DNA of 35,170 nt from an uncultured Prolixibacteraceae bacterium (lineage in GTDB: Bacteria > Bacteroidota > Bacteroidia > Bacteroidales > Prolixibacteraceae). The notes below the pieces were generated by a model. The model was not told the origin of the DNA, searched no databases, and worked only from the letters and a program-made list of their open reading frames with translations. Both the position numbers and the translations under genes were made by a program. Positions 9,066 through 18,490 of this stretch are shown here, piece after piece; the stretch's first letter is position 1, and the number at the start of each line of letters is the position of its first letter. The stretch lies in NCBI GenBank assembly GCA_964461245.1, contig CAYWTT010000003.1, positions 1 to 35,170 of the forward strand, written 5' to 3'.

Positions 9066-11624
9066 TCAGAATTTCCAGGTCACCTTTCCGCTGAACATGC
9101 GGGGAGGTCCCGGGATAAAAGTAGGCACACCAAAAAGGGAACCGGTATTTCCGGCACTGATGATATACTTTTCATTCAGCAGGTTGGTACCAGCAAAAGT
9201 AAAAGTCAATCCTGACGGAGGAATGGTAAATCCGACCGTGGCATTGAAGGTTCCGTAAGCAGCCTGCTCCAGTCCCGAGGTATTGGCATCTTCAAACCAG
9301 ATGTGGCTTTTCCAGGAGTAACCCGGCACAGCAAAGAGCTGAAGCAGGGGAGATATTTTAATCTTTCCATTGATACCGGCAGTAAAACTATGTTCCGGTG
9401 TCAGACGGAATTCGTTTCCGGCATATTCCTGGGCATTCCCTTCGCTGTCGGTATCATCAAACCTTGCATGGATGTATGCATAATTACCTGATATACTGAG
9501 GCCTTTCAGCAGTGCTATTTTCAAAGAGGCTTCTGCACCGTACGACGTGGCTTTTCCTGCATCTTCCACCAGGTAGTTGTTCTCAACCCATGCATTGGTC
9601 TGGAAATTGCGGAATTTCTGAAAGAAGACGGTAACGTCGGCCCATAAACGGTTGTATACGGATGATTTAAGTCCAGCATCGAAGCTGTTCAGGATTTCCT
9701 GGTTCATCACTTCACTTTCTCCCAAGGAATTGAACTGAATTACAGGAGGTCTCCTGCCCCTGGAATATCCGGCAAAAAAAGCCGAATTCTCAAAAAGGTC
9801 ATATTTAAGGTTAGACCGGTAGGTATAAGCCAAATCCTTTTTCTCCTTTTCCGTTTCAGATGCGGGTTTAAAAAAGAGGTTGGGATACATTTGAGTGAGC
9901 ATTCCCAGAGTGGAAGGTTCGCCTCCCGTCATAATTGACTCATTGTCTTCCCTGAAAAGTTCGAAGGTTGCCCTGAAACCTGCGGTAAAACAGAGCCTCC
10001 GCATCAGGCGCCAGGTGGCATCTGCGAAAAGGTCATAAGCCTGGTTGGTGGCGCTGCTGAGATTCTCCTCCTGGTGTGATGAAGGCAGGGCCATCCCCGC
10101 TGCCGGTCCGAGGGCAGGATCCAATGGCAGCTGCGTCACCGGATGGGGTGTGCCGTCATCCGACACGAGATATTGCGGCATTTGAAGGATCAGATAGGCC
10201 ATGTATTGCTCATCGGGACTGAAGCGGTATGTTTGTTCAGCTTTTTCCCTCCAGTAATTGGCTCCTACCGAACCGTTCATCCTGCTTTTTCTGGAAAAGT
10301 TATACCTGATCTCTTGCGAAAATTGTCTCACATGTAAGGTTTCAGCCATGTCAATGGCCGGGGCAGCCGTTCCGTCTCCATCCCAGCGGGAATCGGCATT
10401 ATTGGTATAATAAGAGGTATGAGTGGTCAGATAGTTATTTTCATTCCTAAACCATTTGAACTCAAGTGAAGTTCCCAACAAATCCCGGTAGTTTTTCAGA
10501 TTTTTACCCTGTTCAAGCGAAGCCTCATACCCGAAAATATCGGTACTCCCGGCATAGTTGGGAAGGCTTTTGCTCATAAAAGCCGTTCCTGGCAGATCAT
10601 CTTTCTGGTAATTGACAATCAGGTCCACTTTTGTATTCCAGAAAGGTATAAATCTGACCGACAAGCGGCCTCCCAGTGTGTTCACCCCGTTCAGGGTTCC
10701 GCCAAAGCTATTTTGCACATACCCGTCCCTGTAATCGAAAATCCCGGAACCTCTTATAAAAAGTTTGTTTTTAACTACCGGGATATTGAGGGCACCCTGA
10801 ATCTCTTTCATGTGAAAATCACCTGTGCCGGCTGTTAAAAAGCCATTAAATTCCGAATCGGGTTTCCTGGTGATATAATGGATTACGCCGGCTTCTGCGC
10901 CTCTGCCAAAAAGCGTGCCCCCAGGGCCTTTTAAAACCACCACCCGCTCCATGTCATAAAGTGCGGAGGCAGCCATGCTGGGCCTGCTGACCGGGGTATT
11001 GTTATAATACACCGATACCCGGGGCTGTGCCCCCACGCTGACCTCGTCACTGGTCATCCCCCTGATCACGAAATTGGGCCGGTGCGGAGTCTGTTCCCTG
11101 ATCAGGAGCCCGGGTATAAAATCCGACAGCCGGGTCATGCTTTTTACCTGGTTATCCCCTAGTTCCGATTTCCCCACTATACTCAGACTTTCCGGGATAT
11201 CGGGCAGTTGCTGTTCTCTCAGCTGGGAGGTCACCATGACCGGTTCCAGTGTAACAAGTTGCCTGTCAAGGGTAAACAGCACATCATTGTTTCCCTCCTG
11301 CAGGTAATAATCGATGATCTTCGTCTTGTAGCCCACAAAAGAAACACGGATGGAGACCCTTCCTGTGGGCAGGCCTTTCAGAAAATACTCCCCTTTTTCA
11401 TTGGTATTTACACCGATCCTGGTTCCCGGAACCAGCACATTGGCACCTGCCAGCCTCTCCCCCTCAACGTTCTGAACTCTGCCATGAACATACACCTGGG
11501 GAAGCCGCTCATCTGTCTGCTCCATCCTCTGGTACTTCCTTTTAACCCTGCCATGTCTTTTTTCCTGGGTATAAGCAGGTAAGACCAAGCATACTGCAAG
11601 CATAAAAATGATAATCCTTTTCAT
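9066..11624 (-). CDS. TonB-dependent outer-membrane receptor with N-terminal carboxypeptidase-regulatory-like domain (not SusC type)
   Basis: Signal peptide MKRIIIFMLAVCLVLPAYT, Gx NTNEKGEY domain, plug YDMERVVVLKGPGGTLFGRGAEAGVI, C-terminal TWKF. Start 11624 is preferred over 11681 because a promoter lies at 11665-11696. Confidence 0.9.
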   Translation of the reverse strand: MKRIIIFMLAVCLVLPAYTQEKRHGRVKRKYQRMEQTDERLPQVYVHGRVQNVEGERLAGANVLVPGTRIGVNTNEKGEYFLKGLPTGRVSIRVSFVGYKTKIIDYYLQEGNNDVLFTLDRQLVTLEPVMVTSQLREQQLPDIPESLSIVGKSELGDNQVKSMTRLSDFIPGLLIREQTPHRPNFVIRGMTSDEVSVGAQPRVSVYYNNTPVSRPSMAASALYDMERVVVLKGPGGTLFGRGAEAGVIHYITRKPDSEFNGFLTAGTGDFHMKEIQGALNIPVVKNKLFIRGSGIFDYRDGYVQNSFGGTLNGVNTLGGRLSVRFIPFWNTKVDLIVNYQKDDLPGTAFMSKSLPNYAGSTDIFGYEASLEQGKNLKNYRDLLGTSLEFKWFRNENNYLTTHTSYYTNNADSRWDGDGTAAPAIDMAETLHVRQFSQEIRYNFSRKSRMNGSVGANYWREKAEQTYRFSPDEQYMAYLILQMPQYLVSDDGTPHPVTQLPLDPALGPAAGMALPSSHQEENLSSATNQAYDLFADATWRLMRRLCFTAGFRATFELFREDNESIMTGGEPSTLGMLTQMYPNLFFKPASETEKEKKDLAYTYRSNLKYDLFENSAFFAGYSRGRRPPVIQFNSLGESEVMNQEILNSFDAGLKSSVYNRLWADVTVFFQKFRNFQTNAWVENNYLVEDAGKATSYGAEASLKIALLKGLSISGNYAYIHARFDDTDSEGNAQEYAGNEFRLTPEHSFTAGINGKIKISPLLQLFAVPGYSWKSHIWFEDANTSGLEQAAYGTFNATVGFTIPPSGLTFTFAGTNLLNEKYIISAGNTGSLFGVPTFIPGPPRMFSGKVTWKF

Positions 11625-11664
11625 TGTTTCATTTTTCTCTAAGTTATAAACGGAGTAAAAAAGG

Positions 11665-11696
11665 CAAAGGTATCCGGTCATGAAGGAAAAGGCAAA
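11665..11696 (-). promoter_or_regulatory. Bacteroidota sigma70 promoter of the TonB receptor
   Basis: Minus strand TTTG (11696-11693), 20-nt spacer, TACCTTTG (11672-11665); matches TTTG-N19-21-TAnnTTTG. Confidence 0.7.
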
Positions 11697-11724
11697 AAAA
11701 ATCCCGGGGCCTCTGCCCCGGGAT
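11694..11724 (-). terminator. Intrinsic terminator of the candidate sRNA
   Basis: Perfect 10-bp stem ATCCCGGGGC/GCCCCGGGAT with a 4-nt loop, followed on the minus strand by a T tract. Confidence 0.88.
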
Positions 11725-11865
11725 CCAACTAAACCTAACTAAACCAAACTTATGAAAAAACAGCACTGGGCTGATGAAGTCTATTTCCTGTCTTCTATCT
11801 ATTTAAACGATTTTTCTTGAAAATTGTTTTCATGGCTTTGCTTTTTTTTCTCAAAATCGCTTACA
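11694..11865 (-). ncRNA. Candidate sigma54-dependent small RNA (~170 nt) with an anti-start-codon seed
   Basis: Bounded by a -24/-12 promoter and a strong terminator; the seed TTTTTTCATAAGTTTGGTTTAGTTAGGTTTAGTTGG lies immediately before the terminator. Confidence 0.6.
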
Positions 11866-11875
11866 CCAAGAATAC

Positions 11876-11892
11876 ATCAAATTTTGTGCCAA
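11876..11892 (-). promoter_or_regulatory. Putative sigma54 promoter
   Basis: Minus strand TTGGCACAAAATTTGAT versus consensus TTGGCAC-N5-TTGC: exact -24 box, correct spacing, one -12 mismatch. Confidence 0.7.
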
Positions 11893-11947
11893 TGTTTTCG
11901 TTCCGATTGAAAAAAATGGCATAAGCATGAAATAATAAAGGCTTGAT

Positions 11948-11955
11948 GAAAATTC
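11948..11955 (+). promoter_or_regulatory. sigma70 -7 element for lepA
   Basis: TATATTTG about 50 nt upstream of the lepA ATG. Confidence 0.6.
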
Positions 11956-12006
11956 TCTATATTTGCGCAAAAAAAGAACATAAAAAAGGGTTATATCAGC
12001 CATTAC

Positions 12007-13794
12007 ATGAACAACATCCGGAACTTTTGCATCATTGCCCACATTGACCATGGTAAAAGCACGTTGGCCGACAGGTTGTTACAGATCACCAATACGGTAT
12101 CGGAGCGCGAAATGCACGACCAGGTACTGGACAGTATGGATCTGGAACAGGAACGTGGAATAACCATCAAAAGCCATGCGATTCAGATGGATTATGAACT
12201 GGATGGGCAGAAATATATTCTGAATCTGATCGATACTCCCGGTCATGTCGATTTTTCCTATGAGGTATCCCGGTCGATCGCTGCCTGTGAAGGAGCGCTG
12301 CTGATCATTGATGCCACACAGGGGATACAAGCCCAAACCATTTCCAACCTCTATCTGGCATTGGAAAATGACCTGGAGATCATCCCGGTGATGAACAAAA
12401 TGGATATGGAGAGTGCCATGCCGGAGGTAGTGGCCGAGCAAATCATGGATCTGGTAGGTTGTGATCACGACGACATCATCGAAGCCAGCGGGAAAACCGG
12501 TATGGGGGTTGAAAAAATCCTCCGGAGGATTGTCGAACGGATACCTCCTCCCAAAGGAGATGCTGAAGCACCGCTGCAGGCGCTGATTTTCGATTCGGTA
12601 TTCAACACTTTCAGGGGAGTTATTGCTTATTTTAAGATCGTAAACGGTGAGATAAGAAAAGGTGACCTGGTTAAATTCGTGGCCACCAAAAAAGAGTACA
12701 ATGCCGATGAGGTGGGTATCCTGCGGCTGAGCATGGAACCGCGGGATGTGGTGAGAGCAGGAGACGTGGGATACATCATATCGGGAATAAAAACCGCAAG
12801 AGAAGTCCGGGTGGGTGATACCATCACCCATGTAAGAAGACCATGTGAACGGGCTATCGAAGGATTCCAAGAGGTGAAACCGATGGTTTTTGCCGGTGTT
12901 TACCCGGTCGATGCGGAAGATTATGAAGACCTCCGTAATGCAATGGACAAGCTGCAGTTAAACGATGCCTCACTGACTTTTGAACCTGAATCTTCCGTAG
13001 CGCTTGGGTTTGGTTTCCGTTGCGGTTTCCTCGGATTGCTCCATATGGAGATCATCCAGGAGAGATTGGAACGGGAATTTGATATGAACGTGATCACCAC
13101 AGTGCCCAATGTTTCATACAAACTGATGCTTACTAACGGAGAAACCCTGCAGGTTTACAATCCTTCAGGAATGCCCGCTGCCACGGTAATTGACCAGATC
13201 GAGGAGCCTTATATCCTGGCCAATATTATCACCGCTTCAGAGTATATTGGTCCTATTATGACACTTTGTCTGGATAAGCGCGGAACGTTGGTCAGCCAGA
13301 GCTATCTCACCTCCGAACGGGTGGAACTCATATTTGACATGCCTCTCGGGGAAATTGTTTTTGATTTCTATGATAAACTGAAAAGTATCTCTAAAGGATA
13401 CGCCTCTTTTGATTACCATATCCGGGATTTCAAACCTGCCAGGCTAGTCAGGCTCGATATATTGCTGAACGGAGAAATGGTGGATGCCCTTTCCACCCTG
13501 ATTCATTTTGACAATGCTTATACTTTCGGCCGGAAGATGTGTGAGAAACTGAGGGAACTGATACCGAGGCAACAGTTTGATGTCGCCATCCAGGCAGCCA
13601 TCGGAGCAAAAATCATTGCCCGAGAGACAGTGAAGGCGGTCCGTAAAGATGTGACGGCCAAGTGTTATGGGGGCGATATTACCCGAAAAAGAAAACTGCT
13701 GGAAAAACAGAAAAAAGGGAAAAAGCGGATGAAGCAGATCGGAAATGTGGAAGTGCCGCAGAAAGCCTTCCTGGCAGTGCTCAAGCTGGATTAA
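12007..13794 (+). CDS. lepA: Elongation factor 4 (LepA)
   Basis: [57 protein letters not shown]. Confidence 0.99.
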   Translation: MNNIRNFCIIAHIDHGKSTLADRLLQITNTVSEREMHDQVLDSMDLEQERGITIKSHAIQMDYELDGQKYILNLIDTPGHVDFSYEVSRSIAACEGALLIIDATQGIQAQTISNLYLALENDLEIIPVMNKMDMESAMPEVVAEQIMDLVGCDHDDIIEASGKTGMGVEKILRRIVERIPPPKGDAEAPLQALIFDSVFNTFRGVIAYFKIVNGEIRKGDLVKFVATKKEYNADEVGILRLSMEPRDVVRAGDVGYIISGIKTAREVRVGDTITHVRRPCERAIEGFQEVKPMVFAGVYPVDAEDYEDLRNAMDKLQLNDASLTFEPESSVALGFGFRCGFLGLLHMEIIQERLEREFDMNVITTVPNVSYKLMLTNGETLQVYNPSGMPAATVIDQIEEPYILANIITASEYIGPIMTLCLDKRGTLVSQSYLTSERVELIFDMPLGEIVFDFYDKLKSISKGYASFDYHIRDFKPARLVRLDILLNGEMVDALSTLIHFDNAYTFGRKMCEKLRELIPRQQFDVAIQAAIGAKIIARETVKAVRKDVTAKCYGGDITRKRKLLEKQKKGKKRMKQIGNVEVPQKAFLAVLKLD

Positions 13795-13796
13795 CA

Positions 13797-13826
13797 AAGA
13801 AGGCCGCATCCCAGTGCAGCCTTCTT
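13797..13826. terminator. Hairpin between convergent lepA and rprY (probably bidirectional terminator)
   Basis: AAGAAGGC-CGCA...TGCA-GCCTTCTT; fully paired with one G-U on the minus strand. Confidence 0.7.
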
Positions 13827-13847
13827 CATAAATATCCTGGTGGTCTG

Positions 13848-14537
13848 TTACATGATCAGCTTATATCCTTTTCCGTGCACATTGATGATTTCTACTGTCG
13901 GTTCGTCTTTCAGATGTTTCCGCAACTTGGTGATATATACATCCATACTTCGTGCGTTGAAATAGTTGTCATCGATCCAAATCGACTTCAAGGCAAAATT
14001 CCTTTCCAACACCTTGTTGGTATTCTGGCAGAGTAATTTCAGCAAATCCGATTCCTTGGTGGTAAGCTTTACCACTTCCTCATCACTGCTGAGGGTTTGC
14101 TTCCTTGCGTCGAAGGTGAATCTGCCCAGCTTGTAAATCTGCTGACCGGTATTCTGTGATTCAGGAACGGTGCGTCTCAAGATGGCTTCAATCCTGAATA
14201 TCAGCTCCTCCATACTGAAAGGTTTGGTGATATAATCATCTGCACCCAGTTTGAATCCTTCGATCACATCATCCTTCAGATTTTTGGCCGTCAGAAAAAT
14301 GATCGGGATTTCAGCAGAGACCATCCTGATCTCCCTGGCCAGGGTGAATCCGTCCTTTTTTGGCATCATGATATCGAGGATACATATGTCAAAGTGTTCT
14401 TTGGTGAAACCCTTGAATGCTGCTTCGCCGTCAGGATACAACGAAGCCTCATACCCTTTGGCCACCAGGTATTCCTTGAGTAAAAGCCCCAGATTTTCGT
14501 CGTCTTCTGCCAATAGCAGTTTAACTTTTTGTTCCAT
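13848..14537 (-). CDS. rprY: OmpR-family response regulator, RprY-like
   Basis: True start probably MEQKVKLLLAEDDENLG (14537); LDIMMPKKDG, IFLTAK, DDYITKPF, and winged helix ARSMDVYITKLRK...NVHGKGYKL. Confidence 0.88.
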   Translation of the reverse strand: MEQKVKLLLAEDDENLGLLLKEYLVAKGYEASLYPDGEAAFKGFTKEHFDICILDIMMPKKDGFTLAREIRMVSAEIPIIFLTAKNLKDDVIEGFKLGADDYITKPFSMEELIFRIEAILRRTVPESQNTGQQIYKLGRFTFDARKQTLSSDEEVVKLTTKESDLLKLLCQNTNKVLERNFALKSIWIDDNYFNARSMDVYITKLRKHLKDEPTVEIINVHGKGYKLIM

Positions 14538-16107
14538 GATTGTTTTTATTATTGAGTGGAAAATATATGCTGAATTTGGTTCCTTTATTGACTGAACTCT
14601 CCACGGCAATTTTACCGTTATGGGCATCCACGATCTTTTTCACATAGCTTAATCCCAGTCCAAAACCCTTCACATTGTGCACATTTCCTGTCGGTACCCG
14701 GAAGAACCGCTCAAAGATCTGATCAAGGTGCTCTTTGGGAATACCGATCCCCTTGTCAGCAACGGAGATAAAGACTGAATCCCTTCCTGACCCGGTCTCC
14801 ACCGTGATCTCAGGAATTTCATGGCTATATTTCACAGCATTATCAAGCAGGTTGAAAACCACGTTGGTGATATGTACCTCATCACCCACAATTTTATGTT
14901 CGATTTCCTCCAGATTGACGTGCAAAATTCCGTTTCTGTTCTTTATTCTGATTTCAAAACTGGCAATCACATTCCGGACCAGTTCATTCAGGTCGAATTC
15001 GTGGAATCGGAGTTTCAGGCGGCCTTCATTAAAAATGGCCATTTGCAGGACCTTTTCAACCTGGTATCCCAGCCGTTTGCTCTCTTGGTTGATTACCTTT
15101 GAAATATGGGCTATGGTTTTGGGCGTGGTGGTTATCGTCTCGTCCTGCAGCATCTGACTGGCAAGGGATATGGTTGAAATCGGCGTTTTCAGCTCATGGG
15201 TCATGTTATTAATAAAATCGTTCTTTATCTCCGACAATTTCTTCTGCCTGAAAATCACGAAGAGGGTATAGGCAAAAATGGCGATCAGCAAGCCGGTCAG
15301 GATTATGGTCGGGATAACCATAAATCCGGTTGATTTCAGCAGGTAACCCGAACGCTTGGGGAAATATACCACCAGGTAATTGGGCTGCTGTTCATAATCA
15401 CTCGGAAAGAGTGGCAGCGGATATTCCTTTTTCTGCTTTAGTCTAGCAAAATCAGGACTTCCGCAAATAGTCCTTTCTTCTCCCCGGAATGATTTTACCG
15501 CATAGCGATAATCGAGGTTTATACCCTGCAATTTGAATTCTTCCGACAAGATGTTTTTCAGAAATTCCTCATCGATTCTTTCTTCAATTGGCCTGCTCCT
15601 GAAAAAGAACTTCTGCAGCATCTGGGCATTTTCATTGAGACGGCGCTGTAACAAAAGCTGCTGCTGTAGGTTGTAATCATGCAGCTTATCAAAAGCAGAA
15701 GGAAATTCCCCCGGCATGCCCCTGGTGGTCTGATCAAGGGTTACCAGGGTGTCGCTGAAATGAAACTCCATCTGCTGCTGAAAGCTCTGAGGATTTCGCG
15801 AATAACTGAAAGAGAGTCTGAAGTCGGGGTCTTTCAGTCCCCGTGGAATAAGGTTGCCAAAAGAGGGGATTTCCAGGCCGGGTGCACCCTGCTGATGAGC
15901 AATGAACAACTCTTCCTCCAGAAGCAGCACCCTTTCATGCTCTTCCATCTTCCTGACAACCTGTGACAGGGCATGACGTACCGTCTGGTCGAATTGCTCT
16001 TCCCTGATTTTCGACGCCACTCTGATGTTGCTGGTCTGTACCAGGATTAATCCAACCAAAACCACAGCCATCAAGACGATTAACGTGACCAACCTCTTTT
16101 TACTCAT
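14521..16107 (-). CDS. rprX: Membrane sensor histidine kinase, RprX-like
   Basis: Two TM segments, H-box KNDFINNMTHELKTPISTISLASQML, N-box NLLDNAVKY, G-boxes DKGIGI and VKGFGLGL; overlaps the response regulator start. Confidence 0.85.
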   Translation of the reverse strand: MSKKRLVTLIVLMAVVLVGLILVQTSNIRVASKIREEQFDQTVRHALSQVVRKMEEHERVLLLEEELFIAHQQGAPGLEIPSFGNLIPRGLKDPDFRLSFSYSRNPQSFQQQMEFHFSDTLVTLDQTTRGMPGEFPSAFDKLHDYNLQQQLLLQRRLNENAQMLQKFFFRSRPIEERIDEEFLKNILSEEFKLQGINLDYRYAVKSFRGEERTICGSPDFARLKQKKEYPLPLFPSDYEQQPNYLVVYFPKRSGYLLKSTGFMVIPTIILTGLLIAIFAYTLFVIFRQKKLSEIKNDFINNMTHELKTPISTISLASQMLQDETITTTPKTIAHISKVINQESKRLGYQVEKVLQMAIFNEGRLKLRFHEFDLNELVRNVIASFEIRIKNRNGILHVNLEEIEHKIVGDEVHITNVVFNLLDNAVKYSHEIPEITVETGSGRDSVFISVADKGIGIPKEHLDQIFERFFRVPTGNVHNVKGFGLGLSYVKKIVDAHNGKIAVESSVNKGTKFSIYFPLNNKNNHGTKS

Positions 16108-16111
16108 GCCG

Positions 16112-16161
16112 CAAATATAGTTTTAAGAACCCTGATTTATAGATTCTTAACATTATTTAAC
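16112..16161 (-). promoter_or_regulatory. rprX promoter (-7 element) with TTAAC direct repeat
   Basis: TATATTTG at 16119-16112, only 4 nt from the ATG; TTAAC at 16147 and 16157 (10-bp period). Confidence 0.55.
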
Positions 16162-16227
16162 CAGAAAAAATCAGGGTAAAAGTTCAAATAAAAATTTGCA
16201 GGGTGAATAATCCCTGATATTCAGCAT

Positions 16228-16797
16228 TTACAGTTGCCGGATCACTTCTCCGACAATTCTGGGATAATGTGCATACTCAAGCAGATGAATTTTTGCCGCC
16301 AGGGTATCGGGCGTGTCATTTGGTTCCACACAACAACGTGCTTGGAAAATGATGGCTCCATCATCATATTTTTCATTCACATAATGAATGGTAATACCTG
16401 AGTACTTTTCCCCGTTGCGGATAACCGCCTCATGCACATGATGACCGTACATGCTTTTCCCCCCGTACTGAGGCAGAAGTGCAGGGTGAATATTGATAAT
16501 GGGGAAAGTCCGGATCAGATCTTCGGGAATCAGCCACAGAAAACCTGCCAGGACAACCAGATCAGTCTTCTTTTCAATGAGATAGTCTTTTATTTCCGTG
16601 GTGTGGTAGAGCTGATCCCTGGAAAAGACTTTTGTTTCAATACCCAATCCGGCAGCCCGTGACAGGGCATAAGCTCCTGGATTGTTCGAAAGGAGACACT
16701 CTACTTTAATCTCCTGATTACCCGAATAATACTCTATAATACGCTGTGCATTTGTACCTGATCCCGAGGCAAAAATTGCAATATGTTTGACCTTCAA
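16228..16797 (-). CDS. purN: Phosphoribosylglycinamide formyltransferase
   Basis: IAIFASGSGTN, LVVLAGFL, INIHPALLP, GITIHYVNEKYDDG; TTG start; TAAATTTG at 16838-16845. Confidence 0.96.
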   Translation of the reverse strand: MKVKHIAIFASGSGTNAQRIIEYYSGNQEIKVECLLSNNPGAYALSRAAGLGIETKVFSRDQLYHTTEIKDYLIEKKTDLVVLAGFLWLIPEDLIRTFPIINIHPALLPQYGGKSMYGHHVHEAVIRNGEKYSGITIHYVNEKYDDGAIIFQARCCVEPNDTPDTLAAKIHLLEYAHYPRIVGEVIRQL

Positions 16798-16977
16798 TTT
16801 GAATATTTTTTAAGCTTGAATATTTGAATAATACGTTCAAATTTAACTTCTTATACCGGAGGCATAATCAGTAAATGGATAAATTTTAAGTTGAATTGTT
16901 TGAATTATAGTTTGTAAATTTATTACTTTGCACCGAAAATTTAAAAAACATTTTAGTAATCACTTAAATTTTGAGCT

Positions 16978-17220
16978 ATGTCTGATATTGCTGCAAAAGT
17001 AAAGGAAATCATCGTTAACAAATTAGGCGTTGATGAGAGCGAAGTAACCGATGATGCATCATTCACCAATGATTTAGGAGCTGACTCCCTGGATACAGTT
17101 GAGCTGATCATGGAATTTGAAAAAGAGTTCGACCTCGCAATACCGGATGATCAGGCGGAAAAAATTGCAACTGTTGGAGAAGCAATCAAACACATTGAAG
17201 AAGGTTTAAAAAACAAATAA
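16978..17220 (+). CDS. acpP: Acyl carrier protein
   Basis: [20 protein letters not shown] with the phosphopantetheine serine. Confidence 0.98.
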   Translation: MSDIAAKVKEIIVNKLGVDESEVTDDASFTNDLGADSLDTVELIMEFEKEFDLAIPDDQAEKIATVGEAIKHIEEGLKNK

Positions 17221-17239
17221 AAACCCGAAAGATCGTTGT

Positions 17240-18484
17240 ATGGAGTTAAAGCGGGTTGTTGTTACAGGAATAGGGGCCATCTCACCTTTAGGCAATTCAG
17301 TTGATACTTTCTGGGAAAATTTAAGAAACGGAGTAAGCGGAGCTGCGCCGATCACAAAATTCGATACTCAATACCACAGGACCAGATTTGCCTGTGAAGT
17401 AAAGAATTTTGATCCTGCCGATTATGAAATGGAAAGGAAAGAAGCGCGCAAATATGACCTCTATACCCAGTTTGCTTTCGGAGCTGCCGTGCAGGCGGTG
17501 AAAGATTCAGGTATTGACTTTGACACCATTGATAAAGAGAAGGCAGGAATTATTTGGGGCTCAGGCATAGGCGGGCTACAGACTTTTTTCGAGGAAGTGA
17601 TGGCGTACAAGCCGGAGAGGCCACAATTCTCACCATTTTTTATTCCTAAAATGATTGCCAATATTGCAGGCGGTCTGTTATCCATCAAATATGGATTAAG
17701 GGGTCCCAATTATACTACTGTGACAGCTTGCTCTTCCTCTTCTCATGCCATCATTGAGGCTTTTAACAAGATCCGGCTCGGGAAAACACCACTTATGATT
17801 ACCGGCGGTTCGGAAGCAGGGGTTAACGAGGCTGCCATGGCCGGATTCAACTCAATGAGAGCTATTTCCACCAGGAATGATGATCCTGCCACAGCGTCAC
17901 GGCCTTTTGACAAAGACCGTGACGGCTTTGTGATGGGAGAAGGTGCCGGTGCGCTCATACTCGAAGAGTATGAATCGGCATTGCGCCGGGGTGCAAAAAT
18001 ATATGCCGAAGTCCTGGGTGGAGGAATGTCAGCTGATGCTTACCACATGACCGCACCCGATCCCGAGGGTAACGGTGCCCGACTGGTCATGAAATGGGCA
18101 ATTGAAGATGCCGGAATTGCCACGACAGATGTGGACTATATCAATGTCCACGGAACATCCACCCCACTGGGCGATATTGCTGAAATCAAAGCCATCACTG
18201 GCGTTTTCGGTGAACACGCTTATAATCTCAGCATCAGCGCCACCAAATCCATGACCGGACACCTGCTTGGCGCGGCCGGAGCCGTAGAAGGTATTGCCAC
18301 CATCCTCGCTCTCCGGGACGGGATAATTCCTCCTACCATCAACCACTTTACCGATGATCCCGAATTAGACAACCGGATCGATTATACCTTTAACGTAGCT
18401 AAAACACGGGATATCAGGATTGCCCTGAGCAATACCTTCGGTTTTGGAGGTCATAATGCGACAATTGCATTTAAAAAATATTGA
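17240..18484 (+). CDS. fabF: 3-oxoacyl-ACP synthase II
   Basis: RVVVTGIG, TACSSS catalytic Cys, HGTST, KSMTGHLLGAAG, SNTFGFGGHN. Confidence 0.97.
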   Translation: MELKRVVVTGIGAISPLGNSVDTFWENLRNGVSGAAPITKFDTQYHRTRFACEVKNFDPADYEMERKEARKYDLYTQFAFGAAVQAVKDSGIDFDTIDKEKAGIIWGSGIGGLQTFFEEVMAYKPERPQFSPFFIPKMIANIAGGLLSIKYGLRGPNYTTVTACSSSSHAIIEAFNKIRLGKTPLMITGGSEAGVNEAAMAGFNSMRAISTRNDDPATASRPFDKDRDGFVMGEGAGALILEEYESALRRGAKIYAEVLGGGMSADAYHMTAPDPEGNGARLVMKWAIEDAGIATTDVDYINVHGTSTPLGDIAEIKAITGVFGEHAYNLSISATKSMTGHLLGAAGAVEGIATILALRDGIIPPTINHFTDDPELDNRIDYTFNVAKTRDIRIALSNTFGFGGHNATIAFKKY

Positions 18485-18490
18485 TTATCA

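Noticed and set aside
11625-11681. Extended N-terminus MTGYLCLF... of the TonB receptor
   Set aside because: It overlaps the predicted promoter; the signal peptide starts at 11624.
11727-11745. CRISPR-like or microsatellite repeat
   Set aside because: Only two 9-nt copies, no spacers and no cas genes.
11694-11865. Cobalamin/TPP riboswitch or attenuator for the TonB receptor
   Set aside because: No recognisable riboswitch consensus, and the receptor has its own promoter at and after the terminator.
12079-12870. 263-aa minus-strand ORF
   Set aside because: Antisense to the highly conserved lepA; no protein motifs.
14538-14627. 30-aa N-terminal extension of the response regulator
   Set aside because: Lies inside the kinase gene; the receiver domain starts at 14537.
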